64,000 nucleotides of DNA from Octopus sinensis (Eukaryota). Location: assembly GCF_006345805.1 (NCBI RefSeq), contig NC_043002.1, positions 58,032,001-58,096,000 of the forward strand, given 5' to 3'. Below the pieces are notes generated by a model that was given only the letters and a program-made list of their open reading frames with translations, was not told the DNA's origin and did no database searches. Positions 51,846 through 64,000 of this stretch are shown here, one piece after another (the first letter of the stretch is position 1; each line of letters starts with the position of its first letter). The position numbers were made by a program, and so were the translations under genes.

Positions 51846-52270
51846 GGCGCAGGGGTGGCTGTGTGGTAAGTAGCTTGTTTACCAGCCACATGGTTCCGGG
51901 TTCAGTCCCACTGCGTGGCACCTTGGGCAAGTGTCTTCTACTATAGCCTCGGGCCGACCAAAGCCTTGTGAGTGGATTTGGAAGACGGAAACTGAAAGAA
52001 GCCTGTCGTATATATGTATATATATATATATATATATATGCGTGTGTGTGTTTGTGTGAGTGTGTTTGTCCCCCTAGCATTGCTTGACAACCGATGCTGG
52101 TGTGTTTATGTCCCCGTTACTTAGCGGTTCGGCAAAAGAGACCGATAGAATAAGTACTGGGCTTACAAAAGAATAAGTCCCGGGGTCGAGTCGCTCGATT
52201 AAAGGCGGTGCTCCAGCATGGCCGCAGTCAAATGACTGAAACAAGTAAAAGAGTAAAAGAGAAAAGAGAG
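51846..52270 (+). mobile_element. tRNA-derived SINE family A, full length, nested
   Basis: A box tggctgtgtgg, B box ggttcagtccc, central (AT)(GT) tract, tail (gagtaaaa)n. Confidence 0.9.
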
Positions 52271-52419
52271 AATAAACAAAGCGAAGTATTGAACCTCTCA
52301 CAATAGTTTTTACAGTTTTTGGACTTAATAGTGCATTACAAATATTCAATATACAATTAACACTAGTCCTTTTACAAATGAGGTGCTGGGCCTCTTACAC
52401 ATTATAACACTCAGGCTTT

Positions 52420-53690
52420 TCAACCTCTTGTCAATTTTCCACCTTATAATCGCTTGTTTCTGTGTACTGCGCCATAGCCCATGCTTCGTTTAAAATCACG
52501 GCGGGGTCTGAGTTGGCGTTACCCGGCCACGAGCGATATTCTTCTTTTAGTCCGTCCAGCATCATAAACAGGCGCAAGGTTACGACCTCCACAGCTATCT
52601 ACGGAGGCCATTCGGGGTCCTGTGTGAAGACCAAAGGTATTCCCTCATAGTGTTCTTTCACTATCTTTTCCAACAGTTTCTGGTACACCGGATCTGGGTC
52701 GGTCAATTCTACCGTTGGCGGCACAACTCCCGCCAATGGTGTCTCTCCCCTCTCCGGTGGCACAACCGACGAGGCTCTGTGACACTCCGGCGTCATGTCT
52801 CCGACTGCCGGCAATGTCTCGTTTCTCCTCCTCTTCCTCTTTTTTTTCTTCTCGACTGGGGGTGGGCGAGTCTTCTCCGTGACCTGAAGATTCACCTTCC
52901 CTCCCTCATCCCCAGGATTCTTCGGTGATCACCCATTATTGCTCTCCTTCTTCCTTTTGCGGCTCTTCTTTGAGGAGTCCTCCGTCTTTTCGGCCGCCTT
53001 CATTCCCTCCTCTACAGAGGTCTCCGTCAACCGCTCCGGGACTTTGCTTTGCCCTTGAGAACAGTTATTTTTTGTATGGCCAGGTTTCAAACACCGATGA
53101 CACTTGTGGGGGCGTCCCTCAAGAAACACCGGATACATAGACCCGGTCATTCTCAAAAAGTCTGGAAATACCAGACTTTCGGCTGACTGGGTCCATAGGG
53201 TCAAAGCAGCTTTTGACCCCTCCCAGTCAGCCGCAGGCAGAATATTTACGCTGAGGAGCTTGGTGTTACTGCCACCCAGACCCTATCTCCAATCCACTGG
53301 GGCTCATCTCCGGGTGGCAAGCAGCAAACCCAAGCCCTCGTCAAACTCTTCCCACAATAAGTGGGAAGAAGCAAAATTTCATTACCCTCCAGGGACTGAC
53401 TTGCAAATTCACAGGCCACTTCTGGGGAGTCAAACAGCAACCATTCGGTTGCGTAATTGACACCCCCACCCCCGAGTGATAAACTTAATCGCCGGCTTAA
53501 ATTCTGCCAGCTCTCTTTCGATTACATCCTTTTTGAAAACGACAATGGCGTCGAGGGTCCTAAAGTAGGTCCTCAAAACCACCGTCTTACTCCCAAGTTC
53601 TTTTAACCATTTTTTGGGTGGTGTAATTTCCAACTCCACCAACTTTTCATTGCTATTTGCAATGTTTTTTTTTAAAGAGTCCAAAAATTC
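52420..53690 (-). pseudogene. Frameshifted gag-like ORF1 with a CCHC zinc knuckle
   Basis: MYPVFLEGRPHKCHRCLKPGHTKNNC followed by basic NLS-like tracts; four collinear ORF fragments. Confidence 0.75.
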
Positions 53691-54791
53691 AGTTGTTAAA
53701 ATATAAAATAATAAAAGAAAAAGAAGGAAAAGGTAAAAAGTCCAAACAAAAGGAAGAGAGAGAAAAAATTAACAGTTCGATAAAGTTTTTTATCGTTTTA
53801 AATCAAAGATAGAAGAAGAGAGAGCAACAGTTCAGAACACAGCAAAGGCCACTTGGTACTATAGGCCAAAATTTAACACAACTGTATAACAGTTAAAAAA
53901 TCATTCCAATTTTCTTCTAGGTACTCCTTAACAGGAACAACACTATTTTCAAACAAAAATTTTGGCAGGATACGCCCACCAAACCAATAATTTTCACAAT
54001 TATGTGAATAATATTTTCACTCAGCCTCAGGCAGACTAGAGTCTAGTAAGGACTTCTTGTTTGTAAAAATAATTTGCGACATACAACAGGTCCCCACTAG
54101 ACCCCAAAAACTTTTACCTTACGGCTGAGTTTCAAAAGTCTTCAATTTAAGACGGCTTTCAAAAACACGTCTTACATCTTCGGTGTCAAACACAACTCTA
54201 ATTCGCACATGCGCAATGAGGTAAGCAAGCTACTTACCACACAGCCACTCCCGCGCCTACCGGCCCCGAGTGGATGAAAGAGAATGTTGACCTAGATGGC
54301 ATTCGAATTCAGAATGTTTAAAAACAAAAGCGGAAAGCATTTTTTGCAGGGTGGTAACAATTTTGCCGGCTCGCCGTTTTATAATGTATGTATGTAAATA
54401 CGACAAATTGCACCCAATTTCCGCCATCAAACCCACTCACAAAGCATCAGTGGCCCTGCGACCATAGTAGAAACCACTTTCCCAATGTGGGACTGAAACT
54501 GAAAGCACGTCGCTGCAATGCGATCATCATAACCACACAACCACGCTTGCGCCTATGCTGCAGCAATGTATTAAAGGACATTTGCTTGGTATTGCTAGAA
54601 AATGGAATAGCCGCTCGAATTTAGGATGCTGGTCTGTTTAGTGCTGATACTTTTTATAGCAGAGACATTAAAAGATGGAGTGAGATTCCGGTAGGAAAGC
54701 CATAACGTTGCCAGAGCAATAAATGGCTTCCAAATAATGGCAGACGTTTTATGCTGTCAAGAAGATAAATTATATTTCGAGTTGGTGGAAA

Positions 54792-54828
<37 letters not shown>

Positions 54829-55018
54829 TTCTTTTTCTATCTCTCTCTTTTTCTTTCTCTCTCCTCCTCTCTCTCTCTTCCCCAACACATACAACACTCA
54901 GTCACCACATACATTCACACATCAAAGCACTAGCTCACTTACCGGGAGAGAGAGAGAGTGGAGGTGGAGAAAAAGAGCATGGCAGATAATGTTTGGTTGT
55001 GTATGAATGCAGAATAAA

Positions 55019-55060
<42 letters not shown>

Positions 55061-55383
55061 AGAGGGAGGGAGGGAAAGTCAGACAGTCAAAGTAAGAGAA
55101 AGAGCATGTTGACAAATATTGTTTCACTGTGAATAAATGCAAAATACTTGTTTGTTTGTGTGTGTGTGGGTGTGTATGTGTGGGTGGGTTTGTGTGTGTG
55201 CGTTCGTGTGTATGTGCGCGCACGTGCGTGTATGTATATATATATATTTGTGTGTGTGTGTGTATGGGTACATGTGCAGATATAAGAACTTTATGTGTGT
55301 CACTGTGCGTAAGCGCGCATGTATGAGTGAGAGAGAAAGGGAGAGAGATAATGATAGAAATAGAGAGAGAGAGACAATCAGAA

Positions 55384-55423
<40 letters not shown>

Positions 55424-55583
55424 CTGACTGGATAGATACAGAAGTTGGTTCATTGTGTGACCACGTGTGTGAAAAAGTAAAAATAGAGACAGAGAATGAG
55501 TGATATACAGATTTACATATTTATGAAAGAGGGAGAGATGGATGGACGACAGACAGACTGACGGACGTATAGATTGACAGACA

Positions 55584-55732
<149 letters not shown>

Positions 55733-56370
55733 TTATTGATTGGGAAATGGAGACAAAGGATTAGATATAGGAGAAAGAAGATAAAGAAGAATGGTTATTA
55801 GAACACAACTGTTCTTCGTTTGAATAAAAGGGAAAAACCATTTTCCAAATGTCCTGATGACCGTCTTCAGGAGTTTCCACAACCTGATAGAGACGGTTCA
55901 CCGGATGTGAATAATAGAGATATATTACATCGTTTCGTGCCAGTCAAACGTCAACGCACACAAACATATATGATGTAGTGTTTGCAAGGAATAGTTAGAA
56001 ACAGCCGATAATGCACTTATAATTAGCATGGAACGGATCAGTGGAATTGTCAACAGAGTTAGGTCGGCATTTAGTTTCACTAACCTTTACTGTACGATGG
56101 AATGCTGGCAGAATCATGAGTGTGTCGCACAAAAATGCTTAGCGCCATTTCTTTGGTTTCTTTATGTTCTGAGTAGAAATCGCGCCAAGGCCTCGTTCTC
56201 TTTTCATTCCTACCAGGTCGATACAATAAAATACCAGTTAAGTACTTAGCACCACTTTTTTTTTTTTTTTTCGTTTCTTTACCGTCTGAGGACGTATCTA
56301 GTCCAGTATTAAATATATATCTCCGAACATGACACTTGTTGAGGATCAGAAATCAAACAGATCAGAACTG

Positions 56371-56618
56371 TATTGGGCTGTTTGCATAATTATTGCGGCT
56401 TTTATTCAACAAATTTTATTCAACAAAAACAATAACATGTAACAAAAACATCTTTAAATGATTATTCCGGTGCACATTCAGCATCTACTTCAATTACTGC
56501 TTCCCATTTGCTTGGCAGACCGTCATTTAAAGATGTTTTTGTTAAATATTGTTATTGTTTTTGTTGAATAAAATTTGCTGAAAAAAAGCCGCAATAATTA
56601 TTATGTACCAACCCAACA
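56371..56618. mobile_element. mariner-derived MITE
   Basis: TIRs and interior match 46103-46365 in the opposite orientation. Confidence 0.8.
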
Positions 56619-56984
56619 TTATTGCTTTAAAATACCGATTTTTTCACAGGTGGGAATACAAGGCATTCTTGATCAGAAGAAATTGTCCGTTATTTCGGCG
56701 CCAATACCTTAAAACTCGACTGGGACTTATTTAATAAGCCCTAATTGGGTGAAAGCAAAGTTAAACGCAATGGTCTTTTAACTGAGAGTATAGAGATATG
56801 CAACGAGAAAGTGATTGAGAAAGAGAGAGAGAAAGAGAGACAGAGACAGACAGACAGAGAAAAAGACAGCGAGAGAAAGAAAGAGAAAGAGAGAGAGAAA
56901 CAAAGAGAGTGGGTGGGGGTAGAGATTGCAAGTTCTTGAAATTTCCCGCGTTTTCTGATAATCTGAAAATACGTTTGTTCATAG

Positions 56985-57305
56985 TGAAAGCACGTGGCTT
57001 AGTGTCTTCGGTATTAGGCTCAGGATCGTAAGGTCGAGAGTTCGATACTCAGTGGTGAGTTGTACGACCTTGAGCAAGACTCTTTATTTCACGTTGCTCT
57101 TGTCCACTCAGCTGGCTAAAATGAGTTGTGTCTGTAATTCAAAGGGCCAGCCTTGTCACACTGTGCCATGCTGAATTTCCCTGTGGGCTGCGTTAAGGGT
57201 ACACGTGTCTGTGAAGAGCTCAGCCACTTGCACGTTAATTTCACGGGCAGGTGGTTCCGTTGATCGTATCATCTGGAGCACTCGTGATCGTAACTGACGA
57301 AGGGC
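56985..57305 (+). mobile_element. tRNA-derived SINE, different head, tail type 2
   Basis: A box tggcttagtg, B box gagttcgatact; tail matches 29125-29275. Confidence 0.7.
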
Positions 57306-58249
57306 CAGTTAGTTATGTGAGTCCTTGCTTAAGGGGTTTCAAAGTTTTTGCTTTGTTTTTTTTTCTTGCTTTTTCTTCTTGACGGTGGAAGCGGTTGAAA
57401 GACTCATTTCTTAGATGAAAAGAAGCGGAGTTTGAACTAGAAATCAAGAGCCGGAACGAATTACTGCAAGAAAGCCTTGCTGCTTCATTCATTGTCCCTG
57501 AAAAGATAAAACAAACAAACTTGATTTCGGTGGAGTTCGAACGAGGAACGTTGAAAACTGGAACGGCAACGACAGGGCTTTCCCTCAGACGTTTAGTTGC
57601 ACCTGCTAATTCTGTGCAACTAAATATCCGAAATATTTTCTCCGCTGCTCTAACGATTTTAATGAAGTCACCGTCCCAGGCCTGAAAGACGCAAATATTA
57701 AACCATGTTTTCATCTCCAGAGATGCGATTACTCGCCCGCTAAGCCATAATCGAATTAAGATTATTTTGCATTGCAATTACGAGAAGTATTTAATTTCAT
57801 TACTTTACGTTCAAAATATAACGCACACACACACACATACATCCCAGCGGCGTATCAACATTGCCTCGTGTCCCTCTGTAATCGATAAAGTAACTACTGC
57901 GATCGATTCTATCAACATCCATCCCTATAAATATTTGGCTCAATCCCAATGAAAGAAATCAATATATAATAATTGTTGTTGCTCTTCATCTTCCTCCTCT
58001 TTTCTTCTTCTTCCTCTCCTTTTTCTTCATCTTCCTCATCTTTTTTTCTTCTTCTTCTTCTTCTTCTTATCATTATTATTATTCAATTTTGTTGTTTTCT
58101 CCTAAAGAACAGTCCTGTTTTTCCAAATGTTTAATTTCCTATACTGTAACTCTCTTCTTCTCCCTCGTTTCTTCTCTCTTAGTGATATTTCAGTTGTTTT
58201 CTCTCTCTCTCTCTCTCTTTCTTTCTCTCATATACACACGTAGTGATGA

Positions 58250-58310
<61 letters not shown>

Positions 58311-58848
58311 GAGTGAGAGAGCAGTTCATGCCATCAAAGTGACACTGGGGTAAAATATACGAAGCCCAATATACCCATCATGACTACCCGTCTGATAAAG
58401 GTACACCAGGCACATGCATCACAACCATATGTGCGCGACATGGTGATCTCATATCAAGATAAACAGCACATGACCTTGCAGGTGGGGCCCAGTTAGAATT
58501 TTCTTCAGGTTGAGTAGCCCATCCCGCTCAAACGGTCCCTGACTAAGGGTTGTTTAAGGATGTTGAAAGAACCACCCATGTTTCCAGAGGTGAACTATTC
58601 AAAACCCCAAAGAATCCCTCTCAACACATGGCTATGATGCTCCCCCACTACTTCTGCTCATGATCAGAGATGCACATATCGTCAGCCACTAAGGGACATG
58701 CTCAACTGGTTAAGGTCAAACAACTGACAAGCAAATCTGTGGTATTGAGCAGAATATTTGCTGTAGCCCATCTTTTATACCAAGACAAAACAATGTACAT
58801 GATAACACTTCCAATCAGTTAAGATCAGAAGCCATGAGAGCCTCTGCC

Positions 58849-58850
<2 letters not shown>
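58311..58850. mobile_element. ~540-bp non-coding insert in (TTA)n (unclassified)
   Basis: GC-richer block bounded on both sides by perfect (ATT)n. Confidence 0.55.
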
Positions 58851-58885
<35 letters not shown>

Positions 58886-58886
58886 C

Positions 58887-60092
58887 TTTTTTTTCCTCTT
58901 CTTTTAAATTTGCTTCCATTTCTTGCCGAGTGTCTTCCCGACTCCTAGGGCAAAGAAACTCATAGTATACATTGGTAGGCCATTAAACTAAACTCACTAA
59001 TTCGTTCATTTTTTTAAAAAGTTAAATTAAAATACATGAGCAGCAACAGTTCTCACATCGACAATGCTCTTCTCAATACGTGTGATGTACCAGTTAAGAC
59101 AATCTTTTGCACTTCTTGCAGGGATGGTAAGCCAGGGATCATTCTCATATAATTTTCGGTTCCCTTCTTGATCATTCCTAGTGCTCCTACGATCACTGGT
59201 ATTGTAACCGCCTTGAGATGCCACATTTTCTCAATTTCAATGAGTAGGTCTTTATATTTTCTGCGCTTCTCAAACTCATTCGCCGAGATATTATGATCAC
59301 AGGGGATGCTCATGTCGATCAATAAGCAAACTTTATTGTTTTGGTCTTTCACAACAATATCCGGTTTATTGGCTTTGATGGTTCGGTCTGTATGTACTGG
59401 AAAGTCCCACAGAATCGTTACATTTTCTCCTTCAGTTACAGCTTCAGGGTGGTGATTTGTCGGCAGATTTGATATTGTAATGCCGACTTATTAGCCAGTG
59501 GAGATATTGGCCAACTCTGTCATGTCTTAATTTATACTCCACTGGTGCTAAGACTTTACATCCAGAGATTAGGTGGTCCACTGTTTCAATCATGTCGTTG
59601 CAGAATCGGCATTTTGGGTCTGCTCCATTTTTCATCACATTGGCCTGGTAGTTCCGGGTTAATAGGCTTTGATCTTGAGCAGCCAGGATGAAACCTTCGC
59701 TCTCTGCTTTTAGTCCTGAGCTCCATAGCCACTGATAGGTTTGCTTCTGGTCAACATCAGCTTGTTTGCTACGGGCCACATATTTGCCGTGCAGAGGTTT
59801 CTCCTCCCACCTATCAGCCAATTGCTCGTGCGCTTTTTTCGTTGCCATTATTTTCACCTTCTTTGCAACAATAGTTGCCGTACTTCCCTCGGGTTGTTCA
59901 GTTTGGGTATCCTGCACGAGATCAATAGCAAAATTTTGGCTTTCCTTTATGATAGAGTGAAGCTTCTTTCGTCTCTCGTGATTTTCCACGAGCTTTAGCA
60001 TCCAGTCATTCGTTATTTTAAGATATTTGGCCAGTGCAATTGTGGTTGTTTTGTAAGCTAGTTCAAATTGTTGTTGTTTTAAGGTCAAATTG
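58887..60092 (-). mobile_element. 5'-truncated R4/Dong-type LINE, second family
   Basis: KPLHGKY, ESEGFILAAQDQ, CRFC..ETVDHLISGC, RHDRV, KPDIVV, IDMSIP; (TAA)n flanks. Confidence 0.9.
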
Positions 60093-60184
60093 GATTATTA
60101 TTATTATTATTATTATAATTATTATTATTATTATTATTATTGTTGTTGTTGTTGTTGTTGTTATTATTATTATTATTATTATTA

Positions 60185-60219
<35 letters not shown>

Positions 60220-60222
<3 letters not shown>

Positions 60223-63200
60223 TAGTATATTTAATATATCGTGCTTTCACTTCACTACCGAGCGCAGCTCTGTGTGCCTTGGGTATGTGCTGTGATTTGT
60301 TGTGATGCTCTAATGGTTATTGTATGGAAAGTGTTCTGCGTAGGATGTGTGCAGTGCCTAGTAGTGCAATTTTCTGTATGTTATATGTGTTTGTAAGTCC
60401 TGGTGTTTTTGTTATGTATTAGTCTGAATATTTTTTATCATGCCTAATGCACCTATTATAATAGGAATTGTTTCTGTTTTTAGATTCCACATTCTGGTTA
60501 CTTCTATTTCCAGGTCTTTGTATTTTGAAAGTTTCTCCATTTCTTTTAGAGACACGTTGTCATCCGCTGGTATTGATACATTAATTAGAAAACATTTTTT
60601 TCTTCATGATCTCTGACAACTATATCTGGTCTGTTGGCCTTAATTTCTCTATCTGTGTGTATTGGCATATCCCAGAGTATGGTTGCTTTCTCGTTTTCTG
60701 TGACCTTTTCTGGTGTGTGCCTATACCATCTTTTTTCTGTTGTTATTCCATAATGCTGGCATAGTTTCCAGTGTATATATATGTCCCAACTCTGTCGTAT
60801 CTGTGAATATATTCCTTCTTAGCCAGGACTGGGCAGCCAGAGATAATATGATTTATTGTTTCTTGTCCATCTCCACGTATTCTGCAGTTACTTGTTATAT
60901 TTCTTTTCATTACATGTTTTTGGTAATTTCTGGTACCCCAATTAAAAATCATTCTGTCTCTGCTTTGAGTCTTGAGCTTCTCAACCATTGTTTGATTTTT
61001 CTTTGTCTATTTCTTTTGCATTTAGTTTAGTCCAGTATTTGCCATGAAGGGGCTTTTCTTGCCATCGTTTTATCATGGTTCGTTGCTATTCTGTTTTTAG
61101 TTTGGATTTCATTTGTTTTATAGCTTTTGTTGTTTCTTCATCTTCTTCTTCTTCTTTTTCTTCATATTTGTTAGGTGGTATGATTTCTTGTTTGTATTTG
61201 TCAGCTTCTTTAAATACTAAGAACAGTTTTTTGTTTTGCTCGTGTTTTGCCGCTATTTGTATCAGTTTTCCTTCCTTCTGAAGTAGATATTTTTGCAGTC
61301 CTATGGTGGTTATTTTATAGTAGTTTTCCAGCTGTATAAGGCCTCTACAACCATCTATACGTTGTATATATAGCCTTTCTATGTCAGATTTTGGGTGATG
61401 CATCCTAGATCCTGTCATTATTTTTCTTGTTTTCCTATCTATTTTGGTCAGGTCATTTAGTGTCCAGTTAAGGATATTGTAGCTGTAACTTATAACTGGG
61501 ACAGCTAAAGTGTTGATACCTATTATCTTGTTTTTAGCATTGAGCTCTGTTTTCAGTATTGATCTAACTCGTCTATAATATTCTTTTTTTTATTTTCTCT
61601 TTCATTTGTGTGTGTTGTGTCTTATCTAGTTCATGAATTCCTAAGTATTTGTAAGTTTGGCTTTGGTCTAATTCTTTTATTTCATTGGTTTTATCTAGTG
61701 TGATGTTGCTACTCTTAATTAGTTTTCCTTTTTTCATGGTTACTTTGGCGCATTTCTCTAATCCAAATTTCATATCTATTTCTTTGGTAAATCCATGAAC
61801 TGTCTTTAGTAGTGTTTCCAGCTGTTTGTCATTTGTAGCGTATAGTTTTAAGTCATCCATATATAAAAGGTGGCTGATCTTTTTGCCGTAACATTTATAT
61901 CCGCATCCAGTTCTGTTTAGCATATCCGATAGAGGTGATAGTGCCAAGCAGAAAAGGAGTGGAGAGAGCGTATCTCCCTGGAATATTCCTCTTTTAATGG
62001 GGATGGCTTTGGTTTTCACAAGTTCCTCTTTTGTTTGGAGCTGTAGCAGTTTGCCATTTATTCATAGAGTGCTCTATGAATTTTATGATTGTTTGTGCAA
62101 CTTGGTTCATGGCTAGTGTTTCGAGAATCCATGTGTGGGGGATGCTATCAAACGCCTTTTTGTAGTCGATCCAGGCCATATTGAGGCCTTTCTTCTTTCT
62201 GTGGCTGTCTTCAGTTATGGCTTTATTGATCATTAGTTGATCTTTACAGCCATATGAGCCTTTGCGGCATCCTTTCTGCTTTTCTGGAAACAGGTTGTTT
62301 TCGTCCAGGTGCTTGTTCAATCTTTGCGATATCACTGCAGTAAATGCTTTATACATTGTAGGGAGACAGGTTATAGGTCTGTAGTTTTCTGGTTTTGCTG
62401 TCTCATTTGATTTGGGAATTAAGATGGTTTTCCCTTTCGTGAGCCATTCAGGCATTGTCTCTGGCTCTGCCAGTATGTTGTTAAAATTTTCAGCCAGCTT
62501 TTTGTGCATTCCTGTTAGATATTTCAACCAGAAGTTGGGGATCTTGTCATGCCCAGGTGTCTTCTAGATGCTTAGTCTTTGCAGTGCCTGGGTGACCTCT
62601 TCAGTTGTTATGGGAGTCCAAAGTTGCTCAGATGCTGAGTTTGTTGCTTCAATACTCCTTTTTTTTGGTTGTTCGTTCGCCGACCATATTTCTCTCCAGA
62701 ATTCATCCACTTCTTCTGCCGTTGTTGCTGCAGTGATTTCTATTTTATTTTTGCCAAGTTCTTGGTAGAACTTTTTGGGGTTGGAGTTGAACTGTTTGTT
62801 TTGTTCAAAGAAACGTTGGCGTTTCTCGTACCGGCGGATCCTTTGTTCTTTGGCAAGGATATCTTGCTTCAGCTTTTCTTTTATCTCAGGTAAATCTTTT
62901 TCTGTGGTGTTATATTTGCGGAGTATTTTTGTTTGTTGCTCAGTAGCGTTGATTGTCTACTGATTTCATTAAGAATCGACAGATCTTTTCTGATTTTTTG
63001 TAATTTCGTTTGGATGTTATTTATCCACAGGGTTTGTTTGGGTGGTGGTACTCCTGTTTGGATGGGTTTGAGGGAGTATCCAGCTTCTTTTGTGGCTGCA
63101 GTGGCTGCTGCATATACTAAGTCATTTAGCTCAGTGATATCGCTTTTTGTTTCAGTGGCTATTAGTTCTGTGACGGCTAGGTTTATGTTGTTTATAATTG

Positions 63201-64000
63201 ATGTTGTTGTTTTGTCTATTTTGATTTTTGGGAGGTATGGTCGGTGGTCCATTTTGAGCTCTGTGGTTTTCAATTCTTTGATTATTCTACTTTTTATATT
63301 ATCATAATCATTAGGCTCCCCTTCGTTGTTTCCAGGTTTTAGATTTGTGTCGCTTTCTATCTCATCCGTATGTTTTTTTGTCGTATTTTGGCTTGCTGTT
63401 TGTCGTGTATTATTATGTATCCTTACGGTCTGGGTTCGTTGTTTTTTGTTTACATCGTTTTTGTTGGAAATGCTACGTTTGTCTTCGTGTTTTACTGTTT
63501 CAGTGTTTATATTATTTGGCATTGTTGTGTGGCTTCTATCTACATTTTCCTGATGTATTTTTTCTTTTAAATGTTCTATTTCTATTTCTGATATTTTTTT
63601 TTTTTTGTGTTGAGAATATATCTCCGTATATTTGCTAGTTTATTAGGGCTCATTGTTGTATCCAGGTCTTTATTTATGTTATTTTTCTTCCATATTTTGT
63701 ATGTATGTGTTGTTGTATTTTCATTCTTTGGGTAGAGCACTGCTGTAAAGTAAGCGTGTAGGATAGAAATGTATTCCTCACGTGTCCATTTATGTCTTTT
63801 GGGTTTTATTTGCGGGACATGAGGAACAACGTCCGGCCCATTATTTTGACGGTCGTCATTTTCGTAGGGTACCGGTCCGTTCATTTCTGTTGCCACATTG
63901 TTTTGCACGGGTAGTTTTTCGTACATTTTATGTTGTAAGTTTACAGTACGTACTTCCCGATTGTGATTCTTGGGTTGAATAATACCGGTATTATTTAATT
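60220..64000 (-). mobile_element. R4/Dong-type LINE (RT + RLE), frameshifted, may run off the window
   Basis: KWTREE, NYRPITCL, IDYKKAFD, GIFQGDTLSPLLF, LYMDD, YKYLG, RLYIQR..RGL, CRI..RYDRV; same family as 23960-24919; 3' end abuts (TAA)n. Confidence 0.93.

Larger units (their letters stand above)
51689..54219 (-). mobile_element. ORF1-only (L1/Tx1-like) retroelement with a 16-bp TSD
   Basis: ggtaagcaagctactt at 51673-51688 and 54220-54235 splits one SINE head; minus-strand AATAAA at the 3' end. Confidence 0.65.

Noticed and set aside
57313-57777. 154-aa minus-strand ORF with an apparent splice acceptor
   Set aside because: The plus strand matches degenerate SINE B motifs (gatgaaa..ggagtttgaact..aagagccggaacgaa); no recognisable domain

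Overview
Eukaryotic, AT-rich, repeat-saturated non-genic DNA. The SINE, LINE and microsatellite repertoire suggests a cephalopod such as Octopus (inference). No host protein-coding exon or RNA gene could be supported, and nearly all short ORFs are microsatellite artefacts. The real coding sequence is all transposon-derived: a near-intact Penelope-like element (RT + GIY-YIG, one frameshift, probably Naiad clade); R4/Dong-type RLE LINE pieces from two families, all inside (TAA)n; a decayed CR1-group LINE; RTE fragments; Tc1/mariner remnants and MITEs; a Helitron; a HINE/DINE-like element; and an ORF1-only (gag-knuckle) element with a 16-bp TSD inside a SINE head. The most striking hidden layer is RNA structure. 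By eye I find about 17 intact-looking or degenerate type I hammerhead ribozyme motifs, plus a few half-motifs, from many sequence-unrelated families, most in short fold-back elements next to (AT)n tracts. They include a two-strand hammerhead palindrome, a tandem pair 290 nt apart, and a tRNA-promoter head linked to a hammerhead. A second conserved RNA-like motif lies downstream of one hammerhead family. Coordinates were read by eye and element ends may be off by a few to tens of bases.
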